Shown in pieces: positions 1-9,662 of a stretch of 64,000 bases of DNA. Made by a program: the position numbers and the translations under genes. The stretch comes from a virus: IMG/VR virus record IMGVR_UViG_3300043775_001834, positions 13,587 through 77,586 of that record. One strand, given 5' to 3'. Within the stretch, counting starts at the first letter, position 1; each line of letters starts with the position of its first letter. The notes under the pieces are model-generated. The model was not told the origin of the DNA. It searched no databases and saw nothing but the letters and a program-made list of their open reading frames with translations.

Positions 1-2
1 AA

Positions 3-194
3 TCCAATGAACTGGATGAAAATTCTCCGGTTGCTACATTAAGTTCTGTTAATGGTATGGGTCCTATTGCACTACCTCAAGGAGATAAAATAGGAAGTGG
101 AGATAATCCAAATCCTTCTTCTAAAAAGAAAAAAGCCTTTAAGAATTTCAAAGATTTTATTAAAGGACAAACAACGGTAAGGGCTGCCTTTTAA
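3..194 (+). CDS. 3' end of a hypothetical, probably head-associated protein (partial, not in ORF track)
   Basis: Open frame from the window edge to TAA 192-194: SNELDENSPVATLSSVNGMGPIALPQGDKIGSGD...AFKNFKDFIKG; shares a motif with the MCP N-terminus. Confidence 0.7.
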   Translation, partial: SNELDENSPVATLSSVNGMGPIALPQGDKIGSGDNPNPSSKKKKAFKNFKDFIKGQTTVRAAF

Positions 195-230
195 GGTTTG
201 CGGCTCAAATAAAAAACTCTAAAATGGACG

Positions 231-452
231 GTGATTATCCCAAGCAAAAAACCAAAAAAACTAACAAGAAAGCATGTTGCGACAACATTTCTTATATTAG
301 CAACTTTCTTCAACCCTCTTGGATTCGATGCCCTCTTCGCACTGATAATGAAGTGGACAGGCTCATTTTGGCTTACGGACAGTATATTCTATGCCCTATC
401 ACTATTATTTTTTGGAGCATATTACTTTATGTCTCGATCTAACAAAGACTGA
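231..452 (+). CDS. Small membrane protein (2 TM segments)
   Basis: Basic N-terminus followed by two hydrophobic stretches (FLILATFFNPLGFDALFALIM; IFYALSLLFFGAYYFM); GTG start. Confidence 0.6.
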   Translation: MIIPSKKPKKLTRKHVATTFLILATFFNPLGFDALFALIMKWTGSFWLTDSIFYALSLLFFGAYYFMSRSNKD

Positions 453-496
453 ATCTCCTCGATTTTTCTTACATATAATGATAAAACAATGTCATT

Positions 497-940
497 ATGA
501 AATTCTTAAAAGTTAGAGATGTCAAAGATCCGTCAAGAGGCACTCCTCAATCTGCCGGCATCGACCTATTTATACCAAATGATTTCACTCCGCAATTTTT
601 GCGTCCAGGTGATTCTATCTTAATTCCAGCAGGATTAAAAATTAATGTACCAGAAAATCACGTATTTATTATGATGAATAAATCTGGTGTAGCCACTAAA
701 AAGCATCTCGACGTAGGTGCTTGTGTTATAGACGAAGATTACCAAGGAGAAATTCATATCCACTTAATGAATGTCGGTAATGATTCTACATCTTTAAGTC
801 CAGGTGAAAAAATTGCTCAATGTTTACTTATGCCTATTGTATATGCACCGGTAGAAGTTGTAGAAGATGAAAATACTTTATGGAATGGCAAATCTACTGA
901 AAGAGGCGAAGGTGGATTTGGTTCAACTGGAATTAATTAA
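497..940 (+). CDS. dut: Trimeric dUTPase
   Basis: SAGIDL, KSG, GACVIDEDYQGEI, IAQ and RGEGGFGSTG motifs. Confidence 0.97.
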   Translation: MKFLKVRDVKDPSRGTPQSAGIDLFIPNDFTPQFLRPGDSILIPAGLKINVPENHVFIMMNKSGVATKKHLDVGACVIDEDYQGEIHIHLMNVGNDSTSLSPGEKIAQCLLMPIVYAPVEVVEDENTLWNGKSTERGEGGFGSTGIN

Positions 941-942
941 TT

Positions 943-1164
943 ATGGAAAATTTAATAGCACCAGGCATAGATATTAAGAAAAATTCTATTGCTGTTATAT
1001 GTGAAGCTGAAAATTGTGGTAGTGAAACCTTCACCGAAGTAGTTTTTATGCGTAAAGTTTCTAAGCTAATTACCGGAGCACCAAAAGATTCATTTGTTCC
1101 AATTCCGACATTCCAATGTTCAAAATGCGGGCATATAAATAAAGAATTCATTCCTAAAATTTAA
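943..1164 (+). CDS. Small zinc-ribbon protein
   Basis: CEAENC and CSKCGH cysteine pairs; tightly packed in the operon. Confidence 0.7.
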   Translation: MENLIAPGIDIKKNSIAVICEAENCGSETFTEVVFMRKVSKLITGAPKDSFVPIPTFQCSKCGHINKEFIPKI

Positions 1165-1167
1165 TTA

Positions 1168-2553
1168 ATGATATTAGACGTAGAAAATAACGAAAGCGAA
1201 TTAGTCATCTCCTACTATGACAAAGAAGGTCGAGTTAAAATTAAAAAATTCGAAATCCCTCATATATTGAATTGGACTGTTTGTTCTATAACAGATCCTC
1301 GAAGAAATCCAGATTTTCAGAATTGGGATGGCAAACCAGTTAAAAAGATTGCCGAAAAACGACTTAATAAATGGTCAGTTTACGAGTTCATTAATACTCT
1401 ACCACCAGAAGAAAGAGAAGAACTTTCTGCATTAAACTTCCCTAAAGTACAATCAATAGATATTGAAACCGAAGTTATCGATGGATTCCCTAAACCTGAA
1501 ATAGCTAGAGAAAGAATAACAACTATTGCGATTGCAACAGAATCAAATTCTACGTTAGTTCTCGGTTGGAAAAAAATATCTAAAGAGCAAGAAAAAGAAA
1601 TTTTTGACAAACATCGAGAATACCTTAAAGAATTCGGCGATTGGAATTTTAAATATATGTACTTTGAAGATGAGTACAATATGATGTATACTTTCATCAA
1701 CAAATTTTTACCTAATTTTTCATTAGCTATCGGCTGGAACTTTATGGGATTTGACTGGAAATATATTTCTAATCGATGCAAAAGATTAAATATCGATGTA
1801 TCAAAAGCATCACCCTCTGGAAAACTACAAGGAAACGATCTAATACCATTACACATCGGAATTATCGATTATCTAGACGTCTATCGTAGATGGGATAGAA
1901 CTGTAGCGATTAAAGAAAGCAATAAACTTGATTGGGTTGCTAATTCTGTGCTAGGTGTAACAAAATTACATTATAGTGGTACTTTACAGGAATTGTATGA
2001 AAATGACTATGATAAATACATTCTCTACAATGCCATAGATGCTGCGTTAGTGTGCTTAATTCACAAAAAATTAAAAACCCTTAACTCGGTATTGTCCGTT
2101 TCTTGTTTATGTGATTTGTCTATTTATAAGGCTTCTTCTGCAGTAAATTTAACTGAAGCACTTTTATGGAAAGGTTATTTTAAAAGAAACATGGTAATTG
2201 CTGATAAGAAAGTAGATACACCAAAAGGTTCGTATGAAGGTGCTTATGTTAAAGAACCTGAAGCAGGTATGTTTAGAGCTGTAACATGTTTTGATTACGC
2301 TTCACTATACCCTTCAATTATGAGACAATTTAATGTTTCTCCGGAATCATTTATAACTAAAACACAAGATACAGACAAACTAGAAAAACATAAATCAGAT
2401 TCGAACTTTATAGTTTCTACCACAGGTGCAATATATAATAATCAAGAAGTTTCCGTACTTAAGGAAATTCTTACTACGTTATATTCAGAGAGAAAGAGAA
2501 AAAAGAACATACATTTGGAGATCGAACGAAAAATGTCAAAATTAAAAAATTAA
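1168..2553 (+). CDS. gp43A: Family B DNA polymerase, N-terminal half (3'-5' exonuclease + motif A), gp43A-like
   Basis: ExoI DIET, ExoII GWNFMGFD, ExoIII YNAID, YEGAYV, motif A DYASLYPSI; ends in the first fingers helix. Confidence 0.93.
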   Translation: MILDVENNESELVISYYDKEGRVKIKKFEIPHILNWTVCSITDPRRNPDFQNWDGKPVKKIAEKRLNKWSVYEFINTLPPEEREELSALNFPKVQSIDIETEVIDGFPKPEIARERITTIAIATESNSTLVLGWKKISKEQEKEIFDKHREYLKEFGDWNFKYMYFEDEYNMMYTFINKFLPNFSLAIGWNFMGFDWKYISNRCKRLNIDVSKASPSGKLQGNDLIPLHIGIIDYLDVYRRWDRTVAIKESNKLDWVANSVLGVTKLHYSGTLQELYENDYDKYILYNAIDAALVCLIHKKLKTLNSVLSVSCLCDLSIYKASSAVNLTEALLWKGYFKRNMVIADKKVDTPKGSYEGAYVKEPEAGMFRAVTCFDYASLYPSIMRQFNVSPESFITKTQDTDKLEKHKSDSNFIVSTTGAIYNNQEVSVLKEILTTLYSERKRKKNIHLEIERKMSKLKN

Positions 2554-2557
2554 ATTT

Positions 2558-3559
2558 ATGTCTAAACTATTCGAAGAGCGATTAGAATATAAGCCATTCG
2601 AATTTCCCGTTTATTACACTGAAGGATGGCTTAAACAAGCACAATCATTTTGGTTACATACGGAAATCCAAATGCAAGGAGATGTCAAAGATTGGAAAGA
2701 GCATCTTAAAGAACACGAAAAAAATCTAGTAGGAAACATCTTATTAGGATTCGCTCAAACCGAATGTGCAGTTTCTGATTATTGGACAGGTATGGTAACT
2801 AAATGGTTTCCTAAACACGAAATTAAACAAATGGCTATGCTATTTGGTTCTCAGGAAACAATTCATGCAGTTGCATATTCTTACCTAAATGAAACTTTAG
2901 GTCTCGATGATTTTGCTGCGTTTATGCACGAGCCAACTATTGCCGAAAAATTTGAATTTTTATTAGCAACTGAAAATGAGTATACTCATGAAGACTTATT
3001 AAAGTCAGCTAAAGCTAGAAAAGATGTTGCTAGATCTTTAGCAGTATTCTCGGCTTTTGCTGAAGGAGTTTCATTATACTCATCTTTTGCTGTTTTATAT
3101 TCTTTTCAAATGAGGAATTTACTCAAAGGAATTGGTCAACAAATGAAATGGTCAGTTAGAGATGAGTCCTTACATTCAAAAATGGGATGTCAATTGTTTA
3201 GACATATGTGTGAGGAATATCCCGAATTGAAAGACTCAGTTCAATATGATGTCGAATATGCAGCTAAATTAATGGTGGAAATGGAACATCGTTTCATCGA
3301 TAAAATATTCGAAGAAGGAGACTTAGAAAACTTAAAAGCTCGGGATGTTAAAAGTTTCATTTCACGAAGAGCAAATGAGAAATTAATGGAATTAGGTTAT
3401 CAACCTAAATTTGAATATGATATAGAATCAGCAAATGAGTTAGATTGGTTCTATCACCTTACTGGTGGATTAACACATACAGATTTTTTTGCTATTAGAT
3501 CGACTGATTATGCAAAAGCCGGCGAAGAAGAAAACTGGTCAGATGATGAACTTTGGTAA
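2558..3559 (+). CDS. nrdB: Class I ribonucleotide reductase beta subunit
   Basis: ETIHAVAY, EGVSLYSSF, RDESLH di-metal ligands; C-terminal DFF..RSTDY. Confidence 0.96.
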   Translation: MSKLFEERLEYKPFEFPVYYTEGWLKQAQSFWLHTEIQMQGDVKDWKEHLKEHEKNLVGNILLGFAQTECAVSDYWTGMVTKWFPKHEIKQMAMLFGSQETIHAVAYSYLNETLGLDDFAAFMHEPTIAEKFEFLLATENEYTHEDLLKSAKARKDVARSLAVFSAFAEGVSLYSSFAVLYSFQMRNLLKGIGQQMKWSVRDESLHSKMGCQLFRHMCEEYPELKDSVQYDVEYAAKLMVEMEHRFIDKIFEEGDLENLKARDVKSFISRRANEKLMELGYQPKFEYDIESANELDWFYHLTGGLTHTDFFAIRSTDYAKAGEEENWSDDELW

Positions 3560-3578
3560 AATTAAAATTATAAAATAA

Positions 3579-5387
3579 ATGAACATAAAAACAGAGACTG
3601 AAGAATTATTAGAAAAATTTGGATGGGAATTAGGAGTAGATATACCAATATGGGCAGCCACCGAAATCTATGTTAAAACGATTAGTAAAGGTTATTTGAT
3701 AGGAAATGAAACTCCTAAAGATGCTTATTGGCGAGTTTGCACAACGGTAGCAAAAAGATTAGGTAAGCCAGAAATGGCTTCTAAGTTCTTTGATTATATT
3801 TGGAAAGGTTGGTTGAATTTAGCCACTCCTGTACTTTCAAATACTGGAACTGAAAGAGGATTACCTATTAGTTGTTTTGGTATTGATGTCGCCGATTCGA
3901 TATACGATATTGGTAATAAGAATCTAGAGATGATGATTCTTGCAAAACATGGTGGCGGTGTTGGTGTTGGTATTAATCAAATTAGACCAGCAGGTACAAA
4001 AATTAAAGGAAATGGAACTTCTGATGGAGTTGTGCCTTTTTGTAAAATTTACGATTCAACTATACTAGCTACATCTCAAGGATCTGTTCGTAGAGGTGCT
4101 GCTTCAGTTAATATCGATATTGAGCATGCTGATTTTTGGGAATGGCTAGAAATCAGAGAACCTAAAGGTGATGTGAATCGTCAATCTCTAAACTTACACC
4201 AATGTGTTGTTATCTCTGATGCATTTATGCAAAAGGTAGAATTAGGCGATAAAGAAGCGAGAGCTCGATGGACTGCAGTAATACGTAAAAGACGTGGAAC
4301 TGGTGAGCCATATATTATGTTTAAAGGCAATGTAAATAGAAACAATCCTGAAGCATACAACAAACATGGATTAAAAGTTTACATGACTAATATTTGTTCA
4401 GAAATTACATTACATACTGATGAATCCCATTCATTTGTTTGTTGTTTATCTTCTATCAATTTAGCTAAATATGACGAATGGAAAGACACTGATTTGATTT
4501 ATACTTCAACTTGGTTCTTAGATGGAGTAATGGAGGAATTCATTACGAAAGCTAAGTATATGAGAGGATTTGAAAATGCAGTAAGATCTGCAGAAAAGGG
4601 TAGAGCTTTAGGACTTGGAGTTCTTGGATGGCATACTTATTTACAAGACAGAGGAATTCCTTTTGAAGGACTTCCTGCTCAATATGCTACTCGTAAAATA
4701 TTTTCTCAATTCAAATTAGAGTCAGAAAGAGCAAGTAGAGATATGGCAAGAGAATTTGGTGAACCTCTTTGGTGTGTTGGTACTGGAATGAGAAACACTC
4801 ACACCAGAGCAATTGCACCTACAGTTTCGAATTCTAAACTTTCTGGTAATGTATCACCTGGAATTGAAGCGTGGGCAGCAAATGTATTTACTGAACAAAC
4901 CGCTAAAGGTACGTTCATTCGTAAAAATCCTACACTAGAAAAATTCTTAAGGAAAATTAAAAAGAACTCAAAAGAAGTATGGGATCAGATTCTTACCGAT
5001 GGTGGATCTGTACAAGGTTTAGATTTCTTAGATGATTGGTTCTTTATGGAAGGTGCTCTAATAAATTCTGAAAAGAAGGCAGAAATAGAAACTACACTAA
5101 ATGCAGATATTTTTGTACCATTTAAAGATGTGTTTAAAACATTCAAAGAAATCAATCAATTAGAATTAGTTAAGCAAGCTGGATTACGTCAAACTTATGT
5201 CGATCAAGCAGTTTCTCTTAATTTAGCATTCCCTACTGAAGCTACTCCTAAATTTATCAATCAAGTTCATATGGAAGCTTATAAACAAGGAATCAAAACT
5301 CTTTATTATATGAGAACTGAATCTGTACTTAGAGGTGATATCGCTGCTAAAGCATTAGATGAGAATTGCCTGTCATGTGATGGATAG
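3579..5387 (+). CDS. nrdA: Class I ribonucleotide reductase alpha subunit, short form without ATP cone
   Basis: ATPVLSN, PISCF, GGGVG, TNICSEI, AIAPTVS, KTLYY, C-terminal CLSC. Confidence 0.96.
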   Translation: MNIKTETEELLEKFGWELGVDIPIWAATEIYVKTISKGYLIGNETPKDAYWRVCTTVAKRLGKPEMASKFFDYIWKGWLNLATPVLSNTGTERGLPISCFGIDVADSIYDIGNKNLEMMILAKHGGGVGVGINQIRPAGTKIKGNGTSDGVVPFCKIYDSTILATSQGSVRRGAASVNIDIEHADFWEWLEIREPKGDVNRQSLNLHQCVVISDAFMQKVELGDKEARARWTAVIRKRRGTGEPYIMFKGNVNRNNPEAYNKHGLKVYMTNICSEITLHTDESHSFVCCLSSINLAKYDEWKDTDLIYTSTWFLDGVMEEFITKAKYMRGFENAVRSAEKGRALGLGVLGWHTYLQDRGIPFEGLPAQYATRKIFSQFKLESERASRDMAREFGEPLWCVGTGMRNTHTRAIAPTVSNSKLSGNVSPGIEAWAANVFTEQTAKGTFIRKNPTLEKFLRKIKKNSKEVWDQILTDGGSVQGLDFLDDWFFMEGALINSEKKAEIETTLNADIFVPFKDVFKTFKEINQLELVKQAGLRQTYVDQAVSLNLAFPTEATPKFINQVHMEAYKQGIKTLYYMRTESVLRGDIAAKALDENCLSCDG

Positions 5388-5406
5388 GATTAATTATTAA
5401 CAATTT

Positions 5407-5441
5407 CAAAGCGAAAGTCATTTATTTGATTTTCGCTTTTG
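5407..5441 (+). terminator. Intrinsic terminator after nrdA
   Basis: AAAGCGAAAGTCA / TGATTTTCGCTTT inverted repeat. Confidence 0.75.
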
Positions 5442-5472
5442 TTGTCTACATATAACTTAAAAATAAAATAGT

Positions 5473-5721
5473 ATGGCAAAAGTAGAGTATTATGTAGGCA
5501 TTCTGCCTGAAGATTTTAATAAATTTGAAGAGTATGTTGAGTATCTAAATGATGATGCTCATTGTGATTGGAAATTCAAAGTTGATGTACTAAACGAATT
5601 TGACGATCCTGATGGATATTACACATTTCAAATTCGAGGGTATTGGGATTCATATAATAAATTTCTTGAGCAATCAAAGAATAACGGTTTCGTCCGATCT
5701 CTTACTCATTACGAAGAATAA
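5473..5721 (+). CDS. Hypothetical acidic protein
   Basis: ORF track; CATATAA box at 5449 upstream. Confidence 0.65.
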   Translation: MAKVEYYVGILPEDFNKFEEYVEYLNDDAHCDWKFKVDVLNEFDDPDGYYTFQIRGYWDSYNKFLEQSKNNGFVRSLTHYEE

Positions 5722-5771
5722 AACCAAATAGCCAAAAATGGCATATAACAAATAACCTTAACATTTAAAGA

Positions 5772-6518
5772 ATGAAAATAAAAATTACTAAAGTATCAGT
5801 TCCTAATTTAATGTCTTTATGTAAAAAGATGTTGCTTATGGACACATCTATTTACTTGAATGTAGATCCAGACCATGTATGGTCAAGTGTATTTACGCCA
5901 ACTAAAGATGTTGTAAAATCTATTCACTTGCCGGCAAAAGATGTATTTACATTTGATACGCCATTGACCGAAACAATTAAATTGTCGTTTCACTCTGGTC
6001 AAAAATTATTAAATTGCCTTGGATATTTCGATCCACATAATTTAACTGCCGAAATTAGCGCATTTAAAGATGAAGATGATGGTATTGTATATGCCGAAAA
6101 AATTATCTTTAGAGATAACCAACTTAAAATCGAAGTTTATTGTCAAGATATTTCTTTAGGTTTTACTGCAATGTCCGAAGACCAAATCAAACGAGCCTTC
6201 GATACTTCTTCAGAAAAATTCAAATTCAAACTTGCATCCGAAGATTTTAACAAACTTTTATCACTACAAACTTTAGATAAAAGTGAATTGTTTACAATTT
6301 ATTCAGATGAACAAGGTGTTCACGTAAAATCAGAATCTTTTGATATCATTATCGATGACCATGTCAAAACCGTAAATGCACCTTCAGCAATTTTCAAATC
6401 ATTCTTAGCAAGAGTTGACAAAGAAACATATGATGCAATTGTATGTGAAAACAAAATCTTGCTTATTTCTACTGAATCTAATTCAAAAATTGCTTTAAAT
6501 TTAGCTATATTAGATTAA
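5772..6518 (+). CDS. gp45: DNA polymerase sliding clamp (gp45-like)
   Basis: 248 aa, acidic, beta/alpha pattern typical of clamps, located between the polymerase halves; no diagnostic motif. Confidence 0.6.
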   Translation: MKIKITKVSVPNLMSLCKKMLLMDTSIYLNVDPDHVWSSVFTPTKDVVKSIHLPAKDVFTFDTPLTETIKLSFHSGQKLLNCLGYFDPHNLTAEISAFKDEDDGIVYAEKIIFRDNQLKIEVYCQDISLGFTAMSEDQIKRAFDTSSEKFKFKLASEDFNKLLSLQTLDKSELFTIYSDEQGVHVKSESFDIIIDDHVKTVNAPSAIFKSFLARVDKETYDAIVCENKILLISTESNSKIALNLAILD

Positions 6519-6522
6519 TGCC

Positions 6523-7221
6523 ATGAGTAAGTACGAAAGAAACTTAATGCTAAAAGAAGTAAAAGATGGTACTCGAATTTATTATCGAGAAAATTCATCT
6601 GACTTATATGCTTACTTAGAAAACCAATACAAATTACCCGATTTAACTCGTGAAGATGTAATGATGGATGTTGGTGCTAATATGGGTGATATTCCTCTAA
6701 GGTTTGCAAATAGAGTAGGTAAAATCTATAGTTATGAGCCAATACCAGAAACATTTGAGATTTTAAAAACGAATGTAGAAGCAAACGGTTATAATAACTG
6801 TGAGATTTCTAATTCAGCTATATCTGCTAATAATGGAAGCCTAACTATGTACTTAAATGATGCAGCTAAATGTTGCCATGTTACAGCTTCTATGTATAAA
6901 AGGAGAGTAAAAACTCAAATCGAAGTTACGGTACCAGCTATTTCTTTTAGTGAAGAGGTTAGAAGGATAAAGCCTACTATCATCAAAATGGACATTGAAG
7001 GCGCAGAAATTGACATCCTTAATAACGTTGAAGATTCGGTATTTGATGGAGTTAGGATATTCTATGTTGAACTACATTTAGACAGAGACAAAGAATATGG
7101 AGTAGAATGGAATATGCGAACCGGTGATAGATTCACTAAAATATTCGGACAAGGAGAAGAACAGGTAATAAGAGTCTTTAATAAACATGTTGCATCTATT
7201 TGGAAATTCCAAAGACAATAA
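6523..7221 (+). CDS. FkbM-family SAM-dependent methyltransferase
   Basis: MDVGANMG, YSYEPIPETF, IIKMDIEGAE. Confidence 0.9.
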   Translation: MSKYERNLMLKEVKDGTRIYYRENSSDLYAYLENQYKLPDLTREDVMMDVGANMGDIPLRFANRVGKIYSYEPIPETFEILKTNVEANGYNNCEISNSAISANNGSLTMYLNDAAKCCHVTASMYKRRVKTQIEVTVPAISFSEEVRRIKPTIIKMDIEGAEIDILNNVEDSVFDGVRIFYVELHLDRDKEYGVEWNMRTGDRFTKIFGQGEEQVIRVFNKHVASIWKFQRQ

Positions 7222-7239
7222 ACTGCATATAACTTAAAT

Positions 7240-8433
7240 ATGAATATAGAAAAACTTACATTAGAAGACATACAAAATTTAGATTTCTCGACTTTAAGTC
7301 CTGAAGAACTAAATGAATTTAAGAATGAATCCTTAAGATGTGCATCTTCTGAGCAGGCGATAAAGCTCATCATTAATTCAATTTACGGTGCATTCGCAAA
7401 CGAATATTTTCACTTCTATAACATTGCAATTGCAGAAACCGTAACATTACAAGGACAAGATGCTATTCGTTTTACCGAAGTAATGGTTGACAAGTACTTT
7501 AAAGAATTCTTTCATAAAGATCGAGCTTTGTTAGAAAAATTAGGTGTTCCTGAAGGTGTTCAAGTAAAACCAATCAAAGGTCAAGTATGGAAATATACTG
7601 ATACGGATTCGGGTTATCTTATTTTCGAAGAAGTTATGGATTCTGTTGAATGGCAAGGTACAGTTAAAGATTTTGTGTTAAATATTAATGCAAATCGACT
7701 TGCCGCATATATCAAAAAAGTATTAGATGATTATGCAAAACAACGTAATACTGAAAATTACTTGGATTTCGAGCTAGAAACAATTGCAGAAAATGCAATA
7801 TGGGTTGCTAAAAAGAAATATATCCAAAACATCATATGGAAAGATGGTAAAGATTACGATAACCTATCTTATGTGAAAACTACAGGTCTAGAGATTATTC
7901 AATCATCAACTCCAGTATTTTGCAGACAAAAACTAACAGATGCTGTAAGATTTATTTTCACGAAGAAAAAAATCACACCTAAAGACAATGCAGAGTTAGT
8001 TAAAATTATCAAAGAAATAAAGAAAGAGTTTAAACTTTCAAACATTGAAAAAATATCAATGTCTCGAGGAATATCTGATTACAACAAATTCATCATCAAC
8101 GACCAAACATCCTTTGAAATGAAATCAGGTTGTCCAATTCACGTCAGAGCAGGTGGTTATCATAACTATTTGCTTAATCAAGACCCAAAATTAAAAGGCA
8201 AATATCAATTGATACAAGCTGGAGATAAAGTAAAATGGTATCATTCATCAGATCAATTCTGTGATGTATTTGCCTATACTTCTGGAAATTATCCTATTGA
8301 ATTTGCACCTAAAATAAACCTCGAACATCAATTCCAAAAAACCATTCTAGATCCTCTAAATCGAATCATTGTTCCTGCAGGGTTACCTCCACTCCACCCT
8401 TCGTTAGCGTATACTATCGGGTCACTTTTTTAA
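7240..8433 (+). CDS. gp43B: Family B DNA polymerase, C-terminal half (motifs B, C, thumb), gp43B-like
   Basis: Motif B QAIKLIINSIYG, motif C YTDTDS, KKKY, GLEIIQSSTP, C-terminal clamp-binding-like SLF. Confidence 0.93.
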   Translation: MNIEKLTLEDIQNLDFSTLSPEELNEFKNESLRCASSEQAIKLIINSIYGAFANEYFHFYNIAIAETVTLQGQDAIRFTEVMVDKYFKEFFHKDRALLEKLGVPEGVQVKPIKGQVWKYTDTDSGYLIFEEVMDSVEWQGTVKDFVLNINANRLAAYIKKVLDDYAKQRNTENYLDFELETIAENAIWVAKKKYIQNIIWKDGKDYDNLSYVKTTGLEIIQSSTPVFCRQKLTDAVRFIFTKKKITPKDNAELVKIIKEIKKEFKLSNIEKISMSRGISDYNKFIINDQTSFEMKSGCPIHVRAGGYHNYLLNQDPKLKGKYQLIQAGDKVKWYHSSDQFCDVFAYTSGNYPIEFAPKINLEHQFQKTILDPLNRIIVPAGLPPLHPSLAYTIGSLF

Positions 8434-8477
8434 TAAAGAGGACTATTCTAGAAAACTAAAATAAAAGTAAGTAAAAC

Positions 8478-9662
8478 ATGAGTAAAGAGTATTCAATCTT
8501 AGAACTACAAAAGGAATTAAAGAAAATTAATCCATTTGGAGACGTCATCAGTAAAAATGACTTCTCAAAAATTTCTGAATGGATCGACACAGGAAACTAC
8601 CACTTGAATGCGGTATTTTCAGGCGATCTTTTCGGTGGAATCCCAAACAATCGAACTATCTGTTTAGCAGGTGAGTCAGGAACAGGTAAAACATTCTTGA
8701 TGCTTAATATGGTAAGAGAAATGCAACAAAAAGGTTATTATGTGATTTATTACGACACTGAAGGTGCAGTAGATATCGATAATATTAAGAATTTTGGAGT
8801 AGATCCAGAAAAATTCGATCATCAACCAATGTCAGATTTAGCTAGATTCCGTACATCAATTACAACTTTATGTAAGAAGATGATGGAAGCTAAAGAGAAA
8901 GGTCACAAAACTCCTAAAATCGCAATTTGCCTAGATTCATTAGGTATGCTTGCAACTACAAAGGAAATTGATGATGCACAATCAGGGAATAGTGCAGCCG
9001 ATATGACTCGTGCTAAAATGGTTCGTTCTCTATTCCGTATCATTACTTCGGATTTAACTGGTCTCGGAATACCTTTCTTATTCACAAATCACACATACGC
9101 TTCTACTGGTATGTTTCCAACGATTAACCTTTCCGGTGGAGGTGGATTAGTTTATTCAGCTTCTGTAATTTTAGCTCTTTCAAAAGCTCAAATCAAAGAA
9201 GGTACTGTACAAACTGGAATCATCGTATCAGTTAAAACTCTTAAGAATCGTTTTGGTAAACCAATTCCAATCAAATTCCATATTCGTTGGGATAAAGGTA
9301 TGAACCGATTCATCGGGATGGAAGAGTATATTTCATGGGAAACTTGTGGAATTCAAAAAGGTAATATTATCACTCAAAAAGATTACGATAAACTTACTGA
9401 AAAGGATCGTCCATCCGCTAAACCTTTCGAAATCGAAGGAGTAACTCATTACTTTGTAGCTAGAGATACTGCTCGTAATTTTATCGTTAAGCACTTAGGT
9501 AAAGGTGTAAGTCCTTACGAACTATTTAGTGAAACCGTATTTACGACAGAAGTTCTTACTGAAATCAACGAAAAGAAAATTAAATCTAAATTTAGCTATG
9601 GTATTGATGCTAATGAAATTGAAGAATTTGAAGAATTCCTTATAGGAAGTGACGATGAATAA
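8478..9662 (+). CDS. uvsX: RecA-like recombinase UvsX
   Basis: IDTGNYHLN, Walker A GESGTGKT, YYDTE, LDSLG, TNHTY, SGGGG, KNRF. Confidence 0.93.
   Translation: MSKEYSILELQKELKKINPFGDVISKNDFSKISEWIDTGNYHLNAVFSGDLFGGIPNNRTICLAGESGTGKTFLMLNMVREMQQKGYYVIYYDTEGAVDIDNIKNFGVDPEKFDHQPMSDLARFRTSITTLCKKMMEAKEKGHKTPKIAICLDSLGMLATTKEIDDAQSGNSAADMTRAKMVRSLFRIITSDLTGLGIPFLFTNHTYASTGMFPTINLSGGGGLVYSASVILALSKAQIKEGTVQTGIIVSVKTLKNRFGKPIPIKFHIRWDKGMNRFIGMEEYISWETCGIQKGNIITQKDYDKLTEKDRPSAKPFEIEGVTHYFVARDTARNFIVKHLGKGVSPYELFSETVFTTEVLTEINEKKIKSKFSYGIDANEIEEFEEFLIGSDDE

Noticed and set aside
224-442. Alternative-frame ORF overlapping 231-452
   Set aside because: The 231 frame gives a coherent two-TM protein; the 224 frame looks like its shadow, though this is not proven
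2500-7350. Split intein or intron joining the polymerase halves
   Set aside because: No Cys/Ser-start intein N-block, no His-Asn/Cys junction, and the gap is filled with ordinary genes
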